A stretch of 64,000 bases of DNA from a bacterium (GCA_963555815.3 CAUVWX020000001.1:256001-320000); one strand, 5' to 3'; positions 26,986 to 36,991 are shown, counted from the first letter of the stretch. Translations and numbers: made by a program. Notes: generated by a model not told the origin, from the sequence alone.

Positions 26986-29775
26986 ATGGCCACCAAGGGA
27001 ACAAGGAAGCAAAGCGGGAAGACCGTCGAAACCCTCAAGCACACGGACGACAAGCGCGCCAACATCCCCACGGCCGAGTATCAGGCCGTGCTGGCGGAGG
27101 ACGACCGGGATCCCATCCAGGTCGCCTACGAGCGCCGCAACCGAGACCTCGACCCCCAGCTCGTCTGGCGCGGCAAGGACGATCAGGACCGGTCCGATCT
27201 GGCGGTGCAGGCGCCGCCCCTCTTCATCCAGGAGAAGGTCCACCCCAAGGTTCTGATCGACGACCTGCTGCGCCGGAGCAAGGAGACGGAGGCGGAGAAA
27301 GAAGGCGACAAATCGGGCTTGCAGGCCGACCTGTTCGCTGATTTCAACGGCCTGCCGAGCGAAGAGGCTCGGACCGAGTTCTACCAGCACGACGCCAACT
27401 GGTCGAACCGGATGATCCTCGGCGACAGCTTGCAGGTGATGGCGAGTCTCGCCGAACGGGAGGGGCTGCGCGGCAAGGTGCAGTGCATCTACATCGATCC
27501 GCCCTACGGCATCAAGTTCAACTCCAACTTCCAGTGGTCAACCACCAGCCGGGACGTGAAGGACGGCAACGCCGCCGACATCACCCGCGAGCCCGAACAG
27601 GTGAAGGCGTTCCGGGATACGTGGCGGGACGGGATACATTCTTATCTCACGTACCTGCGGGACCGGCTGACGGTGGCGCGGGATCTGCTGACTGAGAGCG
27701 GCTCGATCTTCGTCCAGATCGGGGATGAGAACGTCCATCGGGTGCGGGCGGTGATGGACGAGGTATTTGGGGAGGAGAATTTTGTCAGCCTTATTACCCT
27801 TCAGAAGACTGGCGGACTTGTTTCTCAAGGTTTAACGCAAACTTTAGATTTTATTTGTTGGTATGCGAAGAATCTTGCCGATACAAAAATTCGGCAAACG
27901 TATCTGCCTAGGGAAATCGGAGATACATCTTTAGAGCGTTATGATCAAGTGCATCTACAAAGTGGAAAATTTAGGAGAATTACTTCTGAGGAGCGAGCTT
28001 CTGGAGTATTGCCAGAAGGGGCTCGACGTTGTAGGCAAGTAGCGCTTGAATCGGCTAACCCAACTTTCGAATTCGAATTCGAAGGAAAACCTTATGTACA
28101 GCGGTGGAAGACTAATCCTGCAGGTCTCCAAAAAATGGGGCGAGCAGGGCGAATTATATCAACGGGAAAGCGACTGAACTCTCTAAGATATGTTGACGAT
28201 TTTCCCGTAATTCCACTGACGGATCGTTGGGAGTCTATGCAGATTGGAACTGGTTTGACTTATGTTGTGCAAACGGCTCCTGCAGCAATTCAACGTTGCA
28301 TCCTGATGACGGCCGACCCCGGCGATTTGGTGCTGGACCCCACCTGCGGCTCCGGCACGACGGCCTATGTGGCCGAGCAGTGGGGCCGCCGCTGGATCAC
28401 CATCGACACCTCGCGCGTGGCCCTGGCCCTCGCGCGTGCCCGCGTCATGGGCGCGCGCTACCCGTATTACTTTCTCGCCGACAGCCCGGAGGGGCGGCAA
28501 AAGGAAGCCGAGATCACGCGCAAGGTGCCCTCGGAAGCGCCCACCTACAACAACATCCGACAGGGTTTCGTGTACGAGCGCGTGCCCCACATCACCCTCA
28601 GGTCCATCGCCAACAACGCCGAGATCGACGTGATCTGGGAGAAGTTCCAGGAGAGGCTGGAGCCGTTGCGTGAACAACTGAACAGCGCGCTCGGCACCTC
28701 CTGGGAAGAGTGGGAAATCCCCCGCGACGCCGAAGAGGCTTGGCCCGAGGAGGTCAGGAAGCTACACGCCGATTGGTGGGAACAGCGCATCGCCCGGCAG
28801 AAGGAGATCGACGCCTCCATCGCCGCCAAGGCGGATTATGAATACCTCTACGACAAGCCCTACGAAGACAACAGGAAGGTCCGCGTCGCCGGACCCTTCA
28901 CGGTGGATAGCATTTCACCCCACCGCGTGCTGGGCGTTGACGAGAACGACGAGCTCATCGACGGCGTGGCGGAAGCCAAGCTCGGCTACGGCGAAAAGCA
29001 GGACTTCGCCGGCATGATCCTCGAGCACCTCAAGACCTCCGGCGTCCAGCAAGCCCACAAGGAAGACCGGGTCGCGTTCTCCTCGCTCACGCCTTGGCCG
29101 GGCGATCTCGTCTGCGCGGAAGGGCGCTACGCCGAGGGCGACGGTGATTCTGGCGCCGAGAAGCGCGCCGCCATCTTCATCGGCCCCGAGTTCGGCACGG
29201 TCGCGCGTCCAGATCTGGTCGCAGCCGCCCGAGAGGCCGCGGACGCGGACTTCGACATCCTGATCGCCTGCGCGTTCAACTACGAAGCCCACGCCTCGGA
29301 GTTTGACAAGCTGGGGCGGATCCCGGTCCTCAAGGCGCGCATGAACGCCGACCTCCACATGGCCGGCGACCTGAAGAACACCGGCAAGGGCAACCTCTTC
29401 GTCATCTTCGGCGAGCCGGACATCGGCATCCTCGACGCGGAGGATGGTCGAATCGCAGTCCAGGTCAAGGGCGTGGACGTATTCCATCCCAACACCGGCG
29501 AGATCCGAAGCGACAACGCCGACGGCATCGCCTGCTGGTTCATCGACACCGACTACAACGAGGAGAGCTTCTTCGTCCGCCACGCCTACTTCCTCGGCGC
29601 GAACGACCCGTACAAGGCCCTCAAGACCACCTTGAAGGCTGAAATCAACCCGGAAGCCTGGGAGACCCTCCACAGCGACACCTCCCGCCCCTTCGACAAG
29701 CCGCAATCAGGCCGAATCGCCGTGAAGGTGATCAACCACCTGGGGGATGAGGTCATGAAGGTGTTTCGGGTGTGA
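26986..29775 (+). CDS. Site-specific DNA adenine methyltransferase (beta class, type III Mod-like), apparently intact
   Basis: IDPPY precedes VLDPTCGSGTT; 929-aa uninterrupted ORF with RBS; long C-terminal extension ending IAVKVINHLGDEVMKV. Confidence 0.92.
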   Translation: MATKGTRKQSGKTVETLKHTDDKRANIPTAEYQAVLAEDDRDPIQVAYERRNRDLDPQLVWRGKDDQDRSDLAVQAPPLFIQEKVHPKVLIDDLLRRSKETEAEKEGDKSGLQADLFADFNGLPSEEARTEFYQHDANWSNRMILGDSLQVMASLAEREGLRGKVQCIYIDPPYGIKFNSNFQWSTTSRDVKDGNAADITREPEQVKAFRDTWRDGIHSYLTYLRDRLTVARDLLTESGSIFVQIGDENVHRVRAVMDEVFGEENFVSLITLQKTGGLVSQGLTQTLDFICWYAKNLADTKIRQTYLPREIGDTSLERYDQVHLQSGKFRRITSEERASGVLPEGARRCRQVALESANPTFEFEFEGKPYVQRWKTNPAGLQKMGRAGRIISTGKRLNSLRYVDDFPVIPLTDRWESMQIGTGLTYVVQTAPAAIQRCILMTADPGDLVLDPTCGSGTTAYVAEQWGRRWITIDTSRVALALARARVMGARYPYYFLADSPEGRQKEAEITRKVPSEAPTYNNIRQGFVYERVPHITLRSIANNAEIDVIWEKFQERLEPLREQLNSALGTSWEEWEIPRDAEEAWPEEVRKLHADWWEQRIARQKEIDASIAAKADYEYLYDKPYEDNRKVRVAGPFTVDSISPHRVLGVDENDELIDGVAEAKLGYGEKQDFAGMILEHLKTSGVQQAHKEDRVAFSSLTPWPGDLVCAEGRYAEGDGDSGAEKRAAIFIGPEFGTVARPDLVAAAREAADADFDILIACAFNYEAHASEFDKLGRIPVLKARMNADLHMAGDLKNTGKGNLFVIFGEPDIGILDAEDGRIAVQVKGVDVFHPNTGEIRSDNADGIACWFIDTDYNEESFFVRHAYFLGANDPYKALKTTLKAEINPEAWETLHSDTSRPFDKPQSGRIAVKVINHLGDEVMKVFRV

Positions 29776-30632
29776 GGGAAGCCAGCGTGACTGACTCACA
29801 AAAATCAGCCACGGGAGAGACGAGAAACACCAGGGCAACCTTATTTTTCGAACGAATTGGATTGCTTGGCGGCACCATTGCCTCGTTAAGCATGATCGTT
29901 TCGGTTGTCTATGATTGGGGATTCTTTACGGCATTAGGTATTTCATTCGCAGACGCTCCAACCACGCTCTCTGATCACATCCAGAGTTGGTTGGTGTGGC
30001 TACCGATAGTAGCGCCTTCGGCTGCGGTTGTGTTGGGGATAGAGCTACTAACCCGCCGCATCGAACACGGCATGACCGAGGATGAAATTATTGCATCCTC
30101 GTATAGTCCTGTTCGGATGAGGAGATTTAGAAATAGTCCTTACTATTTCGTGGGAGCTATGGGACCCATTGTTCTTATCTTATGGGTCCTTTTCGGCGAG
30201 ATTTTTATCAACGGGCTTTATTTCGGTCTTCTGATATGTTGGTTTATTTTTACTGGATGGGTTTTCAACCATCCAACCGTAAGAGATCGTCATTCCTATT
30301 TGTTTCGATGGTCTGTCCATTGGTTGCCGCCAGTAATGATATTGGCTTTTTACTTTGGATCAATGTCAGCCGGGCGCGATTTTTCCCTTGGAGAATACAA
30401 GATAAACGTAAGAAGTATTTCGAGCACCAAAAACGTGGAAATCTTACGTAGCTTTGAGAGGTGGGTGCTGGTCCGTGAGAAACACAACGCGATTGCGTGG
30501 ATTCCATTAGAAGACATTGGCCGTATCGAGCTAGTTCAAACACCACGTCCGTTTCGAGGGTTAGCGTGCATCTTCTCGAAGCATTGGTGTCTGCAACAGC
30601 CTACTGGAGAACTATCCGATGGCAAGGGCTGA
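29772..30632 (+). CDS. Hypothetical multi-TM membrane protein (AT-rich)
   Basis: About 5 hydrophobic segments and a soluble C-terminal tail; GTG overlaps the Mod stop. Confidence 0.7.
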   Translation: MREASVTDSQKSATGETRNTRATLFFERIGLLGGTIASLSMIVSVVYDWGFFTALGISFADAPTTLSDHIQSWLVWLPIVAPSAAVVLGIELLTRRIEHGMTEDEIIASSYSPVRMRRFRNSPYYFVGAMGPIVLILWVLFGEIFINGLYFGLLICWFIFTGWVFNHPTVRDRHSYLFRWSVHWLPPVMILAFYFGSMSAGRDFSLGEYKINVRSISSTKNVEILRSFERWVLVREKHNAIAWIPLEDIGRIELVQTPRPFRGLACIFSKHWCLQQPTGELSDGKG

Positions 30633-30685
30633 GTAACTCGACTGCAAAGCAAGTTTGGCTAGGATTTTCCGTGAGACCTGATGTC

Positions 30686-32440
30686 ATGCACTTACGCATT
30701 GCCGACACCTTCATCGACAGCCTCGCCAAGCTCACCGGTGACGAACAGAAAGCCGTGAAGACCACGGCCTTCTACCCGCAAACCAACCCCTCCCAACCGG
30801 GGCTCAGCTTCCACAAGCTTGGTAAGGCAAGAGACCCGAATTTCTGGTCGGTCCGCGTCAGCCGCGACGTCCGGATGATCGTGCATCGGACCCAGAGCAG
30901 CCTGCTGCTGTGCTGCGTGGATCATCACGACAACGCCTATCAATGGGTGGAACGGCGCAAGCTGGAGACCCATCCGAAAACCGGCGCGGCCCAACTGGTT
31001 GAAGTGCGGGAGACGGTTCAAGAAATCACCGTACCCGTGTATGTGGAAGCGGAGCAGGAGGTGCCGCTGGGCTGCGGCGTGCCGGCCGAGTGGTTGAACG
31101 ATGCACGCAACGCCAATGAAGACAGCCTGCTGGAGCTGGCCGAGCATCTGCCGGGCGAGGCGGCGGAGGCGCTGCTCGAGTTGGCCGTCGGCGGAGCGCC
31201 GCAGGCCGCGCAACCGGTTGCCGTTTTCGAGCATCCTGTTATGTACAGGATGTCCAGGAAGAAAATCAGTAAGGCCGAAGTGCAGCCAGTTGTGGCCCGT
31301 GATCCCTTCGAGCATCCCGACGCACAGCGCCGTTTCCGCGTCATGCACGACGTAGCGGAGCTGGAGCGCGCTCTCGATTATCCTTGGGAGAAGTAGGCGG
31401 TATTCCTTCATCTGGCGCAGCGGCAGGTCGTAGAGAAGGACTTCGGCGGCCCGTCTCGCGTGTCCGGCGCGGCCGGCACGGGCAAGACCGTTGTGGCCAT
31501 CCACCGCCCCGTGTTTCTCGCACGCGCCAACCCGGACGCCAGGGTACTGCTCACCACGTTCTCCGACACCCTGGCCGATGCTCTACGGACGAAGCTCAGA
31601 CGGTTGATCCACAACGAGCCTCGTCTTGCGGAACGCATGGAAGTCGACGCCGTCGATACGGTCGGCGAGCGGCTTTATCAGGCGCGGTTCGGCTCCCCGA
31701 AGATCGCGACTCGGGAGGTGGTTCGGGAGTTTCTGGCGAAAGCCGCCGGCCAAGCGGAGACGAATAACTTCAGCCTCCGATTCCTCCTGAGCGAGTGGGA
31801 GAACGTCGTTAACGCATGGCAGTTGGATAGCTGGGACGCCTATCGCGATATAAGACGGCTTGGACGCAAGACGCGCCTGCCCGTGGAGCAGCGTTACTTC
31901 GGGACCGGGGTCTGGTGACCCGGGCCGGCATGTTCGGCTTGCTCGCCTGGAAGCTCAAGGATCGCCGGAATCCGCCGTTCGACTTCGCCATCGTGGACGA
32001 GGCGCAGGACATCAGTGTCGCCCAACTGCGTTTTCTTGCCGCGTTGGGCGACCAACGGCCGAACAGCCTCTTTTTTGCGGGTGATCTGGGACAACGGATT
32101 TTCCAAACGCCGTTTTCCTGGAAAGCGCTGGGCGTGGATGTCCGGGGAAGATCTCAGACCCTCAAGCTCAACTATCGAACGTCCCATCACATCCGGATGC
32201 AGGCGGACCGTCTGCTGGGTCCCGAAGTCGCCGATGTCGATGGCCACGTCGAGGATCGGCGGGGAACGGTCTCGGCGTTCAACGGCGAGCCGCCGGCAAT
32301 ACGCCTGTTCCAGACCGAGCAGGAAGAAGGCGAGGCTGTCGGAACGTGGTTGCAGGAACGCCGGGACGAAGGCGTGGATGCTCGTGAGATGGGGATATTC
32401 GTGCGGTCGGCGAAGGTGCTGGACCGAGCGCGCGGGGCGG
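30686..32440 (+). pseudogene. N-terminal RelE/ParE-like domain fused to UvrD/REP helicase; inactivated
   Basis: PGLSFHKL…WSVRVSRDVRMIVH…VDHHDNAY; YPWEK*AVFLH; SGAAGTGKT; VDEAQD; GDLGQRIF; LNYRT. Frameshift near 31900 and truncation near 32440. Confidence 0.85.
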
Positions 32441-32670
32441 TGCGCCATCGCCGAGGTCTATCCGGCGCTCTGGTCCCGCAGTTTCGCCCGCGAGAGCCGC
32501 ACGGGCGATCAGCACGATGCCTGGTCCATCTCCGCCTGGCTGTCGCGCGCCGACTGGGCCGGCATCCTCGACGGGTTTCTCGTCCGAAGCTGACACCGCC
32601 CGAGCGCAGTGTGGCAAGGGCGAAAGGCTGGATTCTCGGCGTACCTGGCTTGATCGCGGGATCAATCTGA
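32441..32670 (+). pseudogene. C-terminal fragment of an unrelated hypothetical protein joined at a deletion junction
   Basis: AIAEVYPALW…TGDQHDAWS…KGWILGV, with an internal frameshift. Confidence 0.5.
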
Positions 32671-32780
32671 ATTGATCGTCGCGACTTGATTTGGAGGTAT
32701 GTGTAAGGTTATACTGAGCATTATGATGAACAGGATAAGCAAATCGTAAAAGCGAGGCCGCCGGCGATGTCAGCCGGGCG

Positions 32781-34078
32781 GTGCTCTACACCCGCGTCTC
32801 CTCCAAGGAACAGGAGAAGGAAGGGTTCTCGATCCCGGCACAGCTGAAGCTGCTGAAAGACTACGCCGCGCGCGAAGGTCTATCCGCCGTCCAGGAATAC
32901 GTTGACGTGGAGACGGCCAAACAGACGGGCCGGACCAGCTTTTCCGAGATGGTCGCTTTTCTGAGGGCTAATCCTCGGGTCCGGACCATCCTTGTAGAGA
33001 AGAGCGACCGGCTTTATCGCAACCTCAAGGACTGGGTGATGCTCGACGAGTTTGATGTCAAGATCCATCTTGTCAAGGAAGGGGCGATCCTGTCGCGCGA
33101 TTCCAAGTCGTCGGATAAGTTCATGCATGGCATCAAGGTGTTGATGGCGAAGAACTACATCGACAACCTTTCGGAAGAGACCAAGAAGGGCATGCTGGAA
33201 AAGGCCGAGCAGGGCATCTGGCCCTCGGCCGCGCCGCTGGGCTACCGCAATGTGGACGGCGTTAACGGCAAACGGGTGATCGAGCCCGATCCGAAAGTCG
33301 CGCCGCATGTGACCAAGATGTTCGAGTGGTACGTGGCCGGTGGACTGGCATTGCGTGATGTGGTGAAGAGGGCAGCCATCAAGCCCTGGTCACGCGGGAC
33401 CTGTGGGAGCGGGTGCAGGATATGATGGACGGGCGCAACGCCAGCAAGCATCGCCGCGTGAAGCACGATTTCGCGTTCTCGGGCCTGATTGCGTGCGGCC
33501 ATTGCGGCTGCTCGGTGGTCGGCGAGATCAAGAAGCAGCGCTACATCTACTACCACTGCACCGGCTACAAGGGGAAATGCGACGAGCCCTATGTCCGGGA
33601 AGAGGTTCTCGAAGAGAAGTTCGGCGCGCTCCTCGGCCAATTGGTGTTTGACGACGAGGTGCTGGACTGGGTGCGCGACGCCCTTCTTGACAGCCACGCC
33701 AACGAACGGCGCGAGCATGAGGAAGCCATCAAACGGCTGCGCGCGGAATACGACCGGATCCAGAACCGGATTCACGACGCCTATGTCGATAAGCTCGACG
33801 GCACCATCGACGCGGCGTTCTTTGAGAAGATGTCGGAGGAGTGGCGGACCGAGCAGAATCGCTGTCTTCAAGACATCGAACGGCATCAGGGCGCAGACCA
33901 GTCCTACCTTGAAGACGGCGTGCGCCTTATCGAACTGGCACAGAACGCCCAGCGGCTTTTCGAAAAGCAGGATTCCCGCGAAAAACGGCGGCTTCTCAAT
34001 TATCTTGTTTCGAACTCGTCCTGGAGGGACGGAAAGTTGACCGTCATATTGCGGCAACCCTTTGACTTGATTGCATAA
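32781..34078 (+). pseudogene. Large serine recombinase (resolvase + recombinase + Zn ribbon + coiled coil) with internal deletion/frameshift
   Basis: YTRVSSKEQ, SDRLYRN, APLGYRN; break near 33370; resumes GSHQALVTRDLWERVQ, SGLIACGHCG, YYHC. Confidence 0.9.
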
Positions 34079-34095
34079 ACCACGGCCATCGAAGC

Positions 34096-34134
34096 AAAAA
34101 GAAAGGCCGCTGGAGATGTCTCCAACGGCCTTTC
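34096..34134 (-). terminator. Rho-independent terminator downstream of tRNA-Asn
   Basis: - strand GAAAGGCCG…CGGCCTTTC followed by TTTTT. Confidence 0.75.
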
Positions 34135-34141
34135 TGTGAAT

Positions 34142-34217
34142 TGGCTCCCCGGGCCGGATTCGAACCAGCGACATGGTGGTTAACAGCCACCCGCTCTGCC
34201 AGCTGAGCTACCGGGGA
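34142..34217 (-). tRNA. tRNA-Asn (GTT)
   Basis: TCCCCGGTAGCTCAGCTGGCAGAGCGGGTGGCTGTTAACCACCATGTCGCTGGTTCGAATCCGGCCCGGGGAGCCA; 76 nt cloverleaf with encoded CCA. Confidence 0.97.
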
Positions 34218-34241
34218 GCGATAGATATCAAGCAATTTGAA

Positions 34242-34270
34242 AATATGCCCCGCGCCTTACCCCATGTCAA
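34242..34270 (-). promoter_or_regulatory. Sigma70-type promoter for tRNA-Asn
   Basis: TTGACA-17 bp-CATATT on the - strand. Confidence 0.7.
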
Positions 34271-34301
34271 GGAGGCCCCTCCGCGGGAGCACTGCCCGAA
34301 G

Positions 34302-35330
34302 CTAGGTGACCTGCGGGGCCCCAGCCGAGGCCCCCTTCCCCTCCAAAGCGGCGCGGATAACAACCTCGGCCTCTCGCACGACCCGTTCTACGGCTCCCTT
34401 CAGGGAACCCTTCACCCGCACCCCCGAGGCGAAGGGATGTCCCCCCCCGCCCAAAGGGATGGCGATCTGGCTCACCTTCACTCGGCCCTTTGACCGAAGG
34501 CTCGTGCGAATGAGATTGTTTCCCATCTCCACAAAAAGGATGGCAACCTCGACCCCCGCCACGGTCCGGAGGACGTCGATGAAATTCTCCGTATCCTCGT
34601 TACTGGCCCCAACGTCCTGGAACATCTTCTGGGTGACCGTCATCCACGCAAGACGCCCCTCGCAGCCAAGCTTGAGCCCCCGAAGCGCCTCCCCGAGAAG
34701 CTTCAGTCTACCTTCGGGCGATTCCTCAAAGATCTGACTATAGATGGAGGGGGGGTTCACCCCGAGGTCGATCAGCTCGGCCACCACTCGGTGGGTCTTC
34801 GCACTGGTGTTCGAGAAACGAAAGGAGCCGGTATCCGTCATGATGGCGGCGTAGAGGGCCTCCGCCATAGGGAGGCTCAGAGGACCGTAGTCCCGAAGCA
34901 GATCATAGACGATCTCCCCCGTGGCTGAGGCCTCTTCAAAACCCGCATGAAGGTCCCCGAAATGCTCCTCGATGGGGTGGTGGTCGATGCAGATCACGGG
35001 GACCCCAAGGCTCCGGATAGGCTCCTCCAGCACCCCCAGGCGTTCCCACTTGTTGAGGTCAAGGGCCAGGACGAGGTCCGGTTTTATGGGAAGGGGAGTG
35101 CCCGGCTCGTAGACCCGGACGTCACCCCCTGGGTCGAGGAAGCGGAATATGGCCGGGGTGGGAGTGGCGTTTAGGACAAGGACCTTCTTTCCACGGTCCC
35201 GAAGGAAATAAAAGAGGGCCATCTCCGAGCCCAGGGCATCGCCATCGGGGTTCACATGGGCAGTCAGGAGGATCTCACGGTGGCTGTCGAGGGCCTCCCG
35301 GACCCTAGAGAGTGGTTGAGAAACGCTCAC
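34302..35330 (-). CDS. DHH/DHHA1 phosphoesterase (NrnA-like)
   Basis: HVNPDGDALGS, IDHH, TDTGSFRF, GGGGHPFASG. Confidence 0.92.
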   Translation of the reverse strand: MSVSQPLSRVREALDSHREILLTAHVNPDGDALGSEMALFYFLRDRGKKVLVLNATPTPAIFRFLDPGGDVRVYEPGTPLPIKPDLVLALDLNKWERLGVLEEPIRSLGVPVICIDHHPIEEHFGDLHAGFEEASATGEIVYDLLRDYGPLSLPMAEALYAAIMTDTGSFRFSNTSAKTHRVVAELIDLGVNPPSIYSQIFEESPEGRLKLLGEALRGLKLGCEGRLAWMTVTQKMFQDVGASNEDTENFIDVLRTVAGVEVAILFVEMGNNLIRTSLRSKGRVKVSQIAIPLGGGGHPFASGVRVKGSLKGAVERVVREAEVVIRAALEGKGASAGAPQVT

Positions 35331-35426
35331 TTGTCGATGATCTCATCAAGGGCCAGCGTCGCCGTGTGGAACTCTTTTTTTAAGGAAGACATGGCTCGTC
35401 GACGAAGTGAGAAGGGGCTTGTGGGA

Positions 35427-35885
35427 TTATTTCTTATACTCAACCGTTTCCCATTCCTCGACCCCGAGGAGCTCCTCCATGTTATAGGTCAAGCCCCTTC
35501 GGTTCCTGGAGGCGAGTTCGTAGTGGGGGGTGTGGACAATGGAAAGGGGGTCGGTGGGGCAGGCCTCGACGCAAAGCCCGCAGAACATGCAGCGGGTAAA
35601 ATCGATGAGGAACTCCTTGGCCTTTCGCTGCTTGCCCTTCCCGACGGGCTGTATCGTGATGCATTCCGTCGGGCAGGCGATCTCGCACATGAGGCAGGCG
35701 ATACAGTTCGCTTCTCCGTTCTCGTCCTTGGTCAGAGCCAGAACCCCCCGGGAACCTTCGGGGAGCTTCACCCGTTCACGAGGATACTGGACCGTGATCG
35801 GCTTCTTGAAAAAATGTTTCAGGGTGGTCGCCATCCCGCGCTGGACATCCCTCAAGAAGACATAGTGAAGGACCTTACGGATCAC
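35427..35885 (-). CDS. nuoI: NADH-quinone oxidoreductase subunit I-like 2x[4Fe-4S] protein (stand-alone)
   Basis: TVQYP, CIACLMCEIACP, CMFCGLCVEACP; GTG 35885 with AAGGAGG RBS. Confidence 0.85.
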   Translation of the reverse strand: MIRKVLHYVFLRDVQRGMATTLKHFFKKPITVQYPRERVKLPEGSRGVLALTKDENGEANCIACLMCEIACPTECITIQPVGKGKQRKAKEFLIDFTRCMFCGLCVEACPTDPLSIVHTPHYELASRNRRGLTYNMEELLGVEEWETVEYKK

Positions 35886-35923
35886 GTTCCCTCCTTCTAA
35901 CGGCACACAACTAGGGATCGGCC

Positions 35924-36874
35924 TCAGGCCGAGGGGGCTTGCTGGTCGGCCTTGGCATCCCTGAGCGCTTCGATGTATTTCTCCACCGCCACAGCAGCGG
36001 TGGTGGCGTCTCCAACGGCGGTCGTGAGCTGTCTTGCGAGCTGGGTCCGGACATCGCCGACGGCGTAGATCCCGGGGATCTTCGTCCTCATGTGGGCATC
36101 CGTGATGAAGTAGCCATTCTCATCCTGGTCCAGAGGCTCTCTCACGAGGCCGCTATTGGGTTCAAAACCGATAAAGATGAAGACCCCGGAGGCCTCCAGC
36201 TGGCTCGTCTCCCCCGTCTTGACATTCTTCAGCCGAAGATGCTCCGCCCCATCGTCCCCACAGATCTCCTCCACCACCGTGTCCCAGACGAACTCGACCT
36301 TGGGCTCGTTACGGGCCCTCTCCTGGATGATCTTCTGCGCCCGGAGCTGATCCCGGCGGTGGATGATATAGATCTTCTTCCCAAACTTGGCGAGGTAAGT
36401 CCCCTCTTCAACGGCGGCGTCCCCACCCCCCACGACGGCGATCGCCTCGTCCTTGAAGAAGGGCCCATCACAGATGGCGCAGTAGGAGACCCCCTTCCCC
36501 CAGAACTTCTTTTCGCCCGGGATCTCCAGGTATTTGGGATTGCCCCCCGCTGAGAGGATGACGGCCTTCGCCCGGTACTCTTCCTCGTCTGTCTTGGTGA
36601 TCCGGTCCTCGCCTTCGCAATAAACCTCCAGGACCTCTTCCTGACGAATCTCGGCCCCGAATTTTTTGGCATGGTCCTCCATGCGCTTGGCGAGCTCCGG
36701 ACCCATGATCTCCTCGATCCCGGGGTAGTCGTCCACCATCCCGGTGTTCACGATCTGCCCGCCGGGAATCCCCTTTTCCAGGATGACCGTCTTCAGGCGG
36801 GCCCGAGCCGTATAGAGCCCTGCGCAGAGGCCGGCGGGGCCTCCGCCGACGATGACCACATCATATTCCAACAT
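35924..36874 (-). CDS. trxB: Thioredoxin-disulfide reductase
   Basis: GGGPAG, GVSYCAICDG, GGGDAAVEE, IHRR, GDVR. Confidence 0.95.
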   Translation of the reverse strand: MLEYDVVIVGGGPAGLCAGLYTARARLKTVILEKGIPGGQIVNTGMVDDYPGIEEIMGPELAKRMEDHAKKFGAEIRQEEVLEVYCEGEDRITKTDEEEYRAKAVILSAGGNPKYLEIPGEKKFWGKGVSYCAICDGPFFKDEAIAVVGGGDAAVEEGTYLAKFGKKIYIIHRRDQLRAQKIIQERARNEPKVEFVWDTVVEEICGDDGAEHLRLKNVKTGETSQLEASGVFIFIGFEPNSGLVREPLDQDENGYFITDAHMRTKIPGIYAVGDVRTQLARQLTTAVGDATTAAVAVEKYIEALRDAKADQQAPSA

Positions 36875-36991
36875 CAAACTTTCCCATCAGAATCAGCCCG
36901 AAGAAGTGTGCCGCATCAGGACGGACAAGGCATTTCCTCTCTAATCTATGTCGATCAGACTCTCTTTCAATCGAAAAAATTCAACACTCTA

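Larger units (their letters stand above)
21935..34150. mobile_element. Degenerate genomic island integrated at the 3' end of tRNA-Asn
   Basis: Direct repeat TGGCTCCCC at 21935-21943 and 34142-34150; serine recombinase abutting the tRNA; defence and phage-satellite-like cargo; many lesions. Confidence 0.85.

Noticed and set aside
23557..27390. Long - strand ORFs (410 and 865 aa)
   Set aside because: Shadows of the GC-rich res and mod genes.
34044..34235. 63-aa - strand ORF over the tRNA
   Set aside because: Translation of the tRNA-Asn sequence itself.
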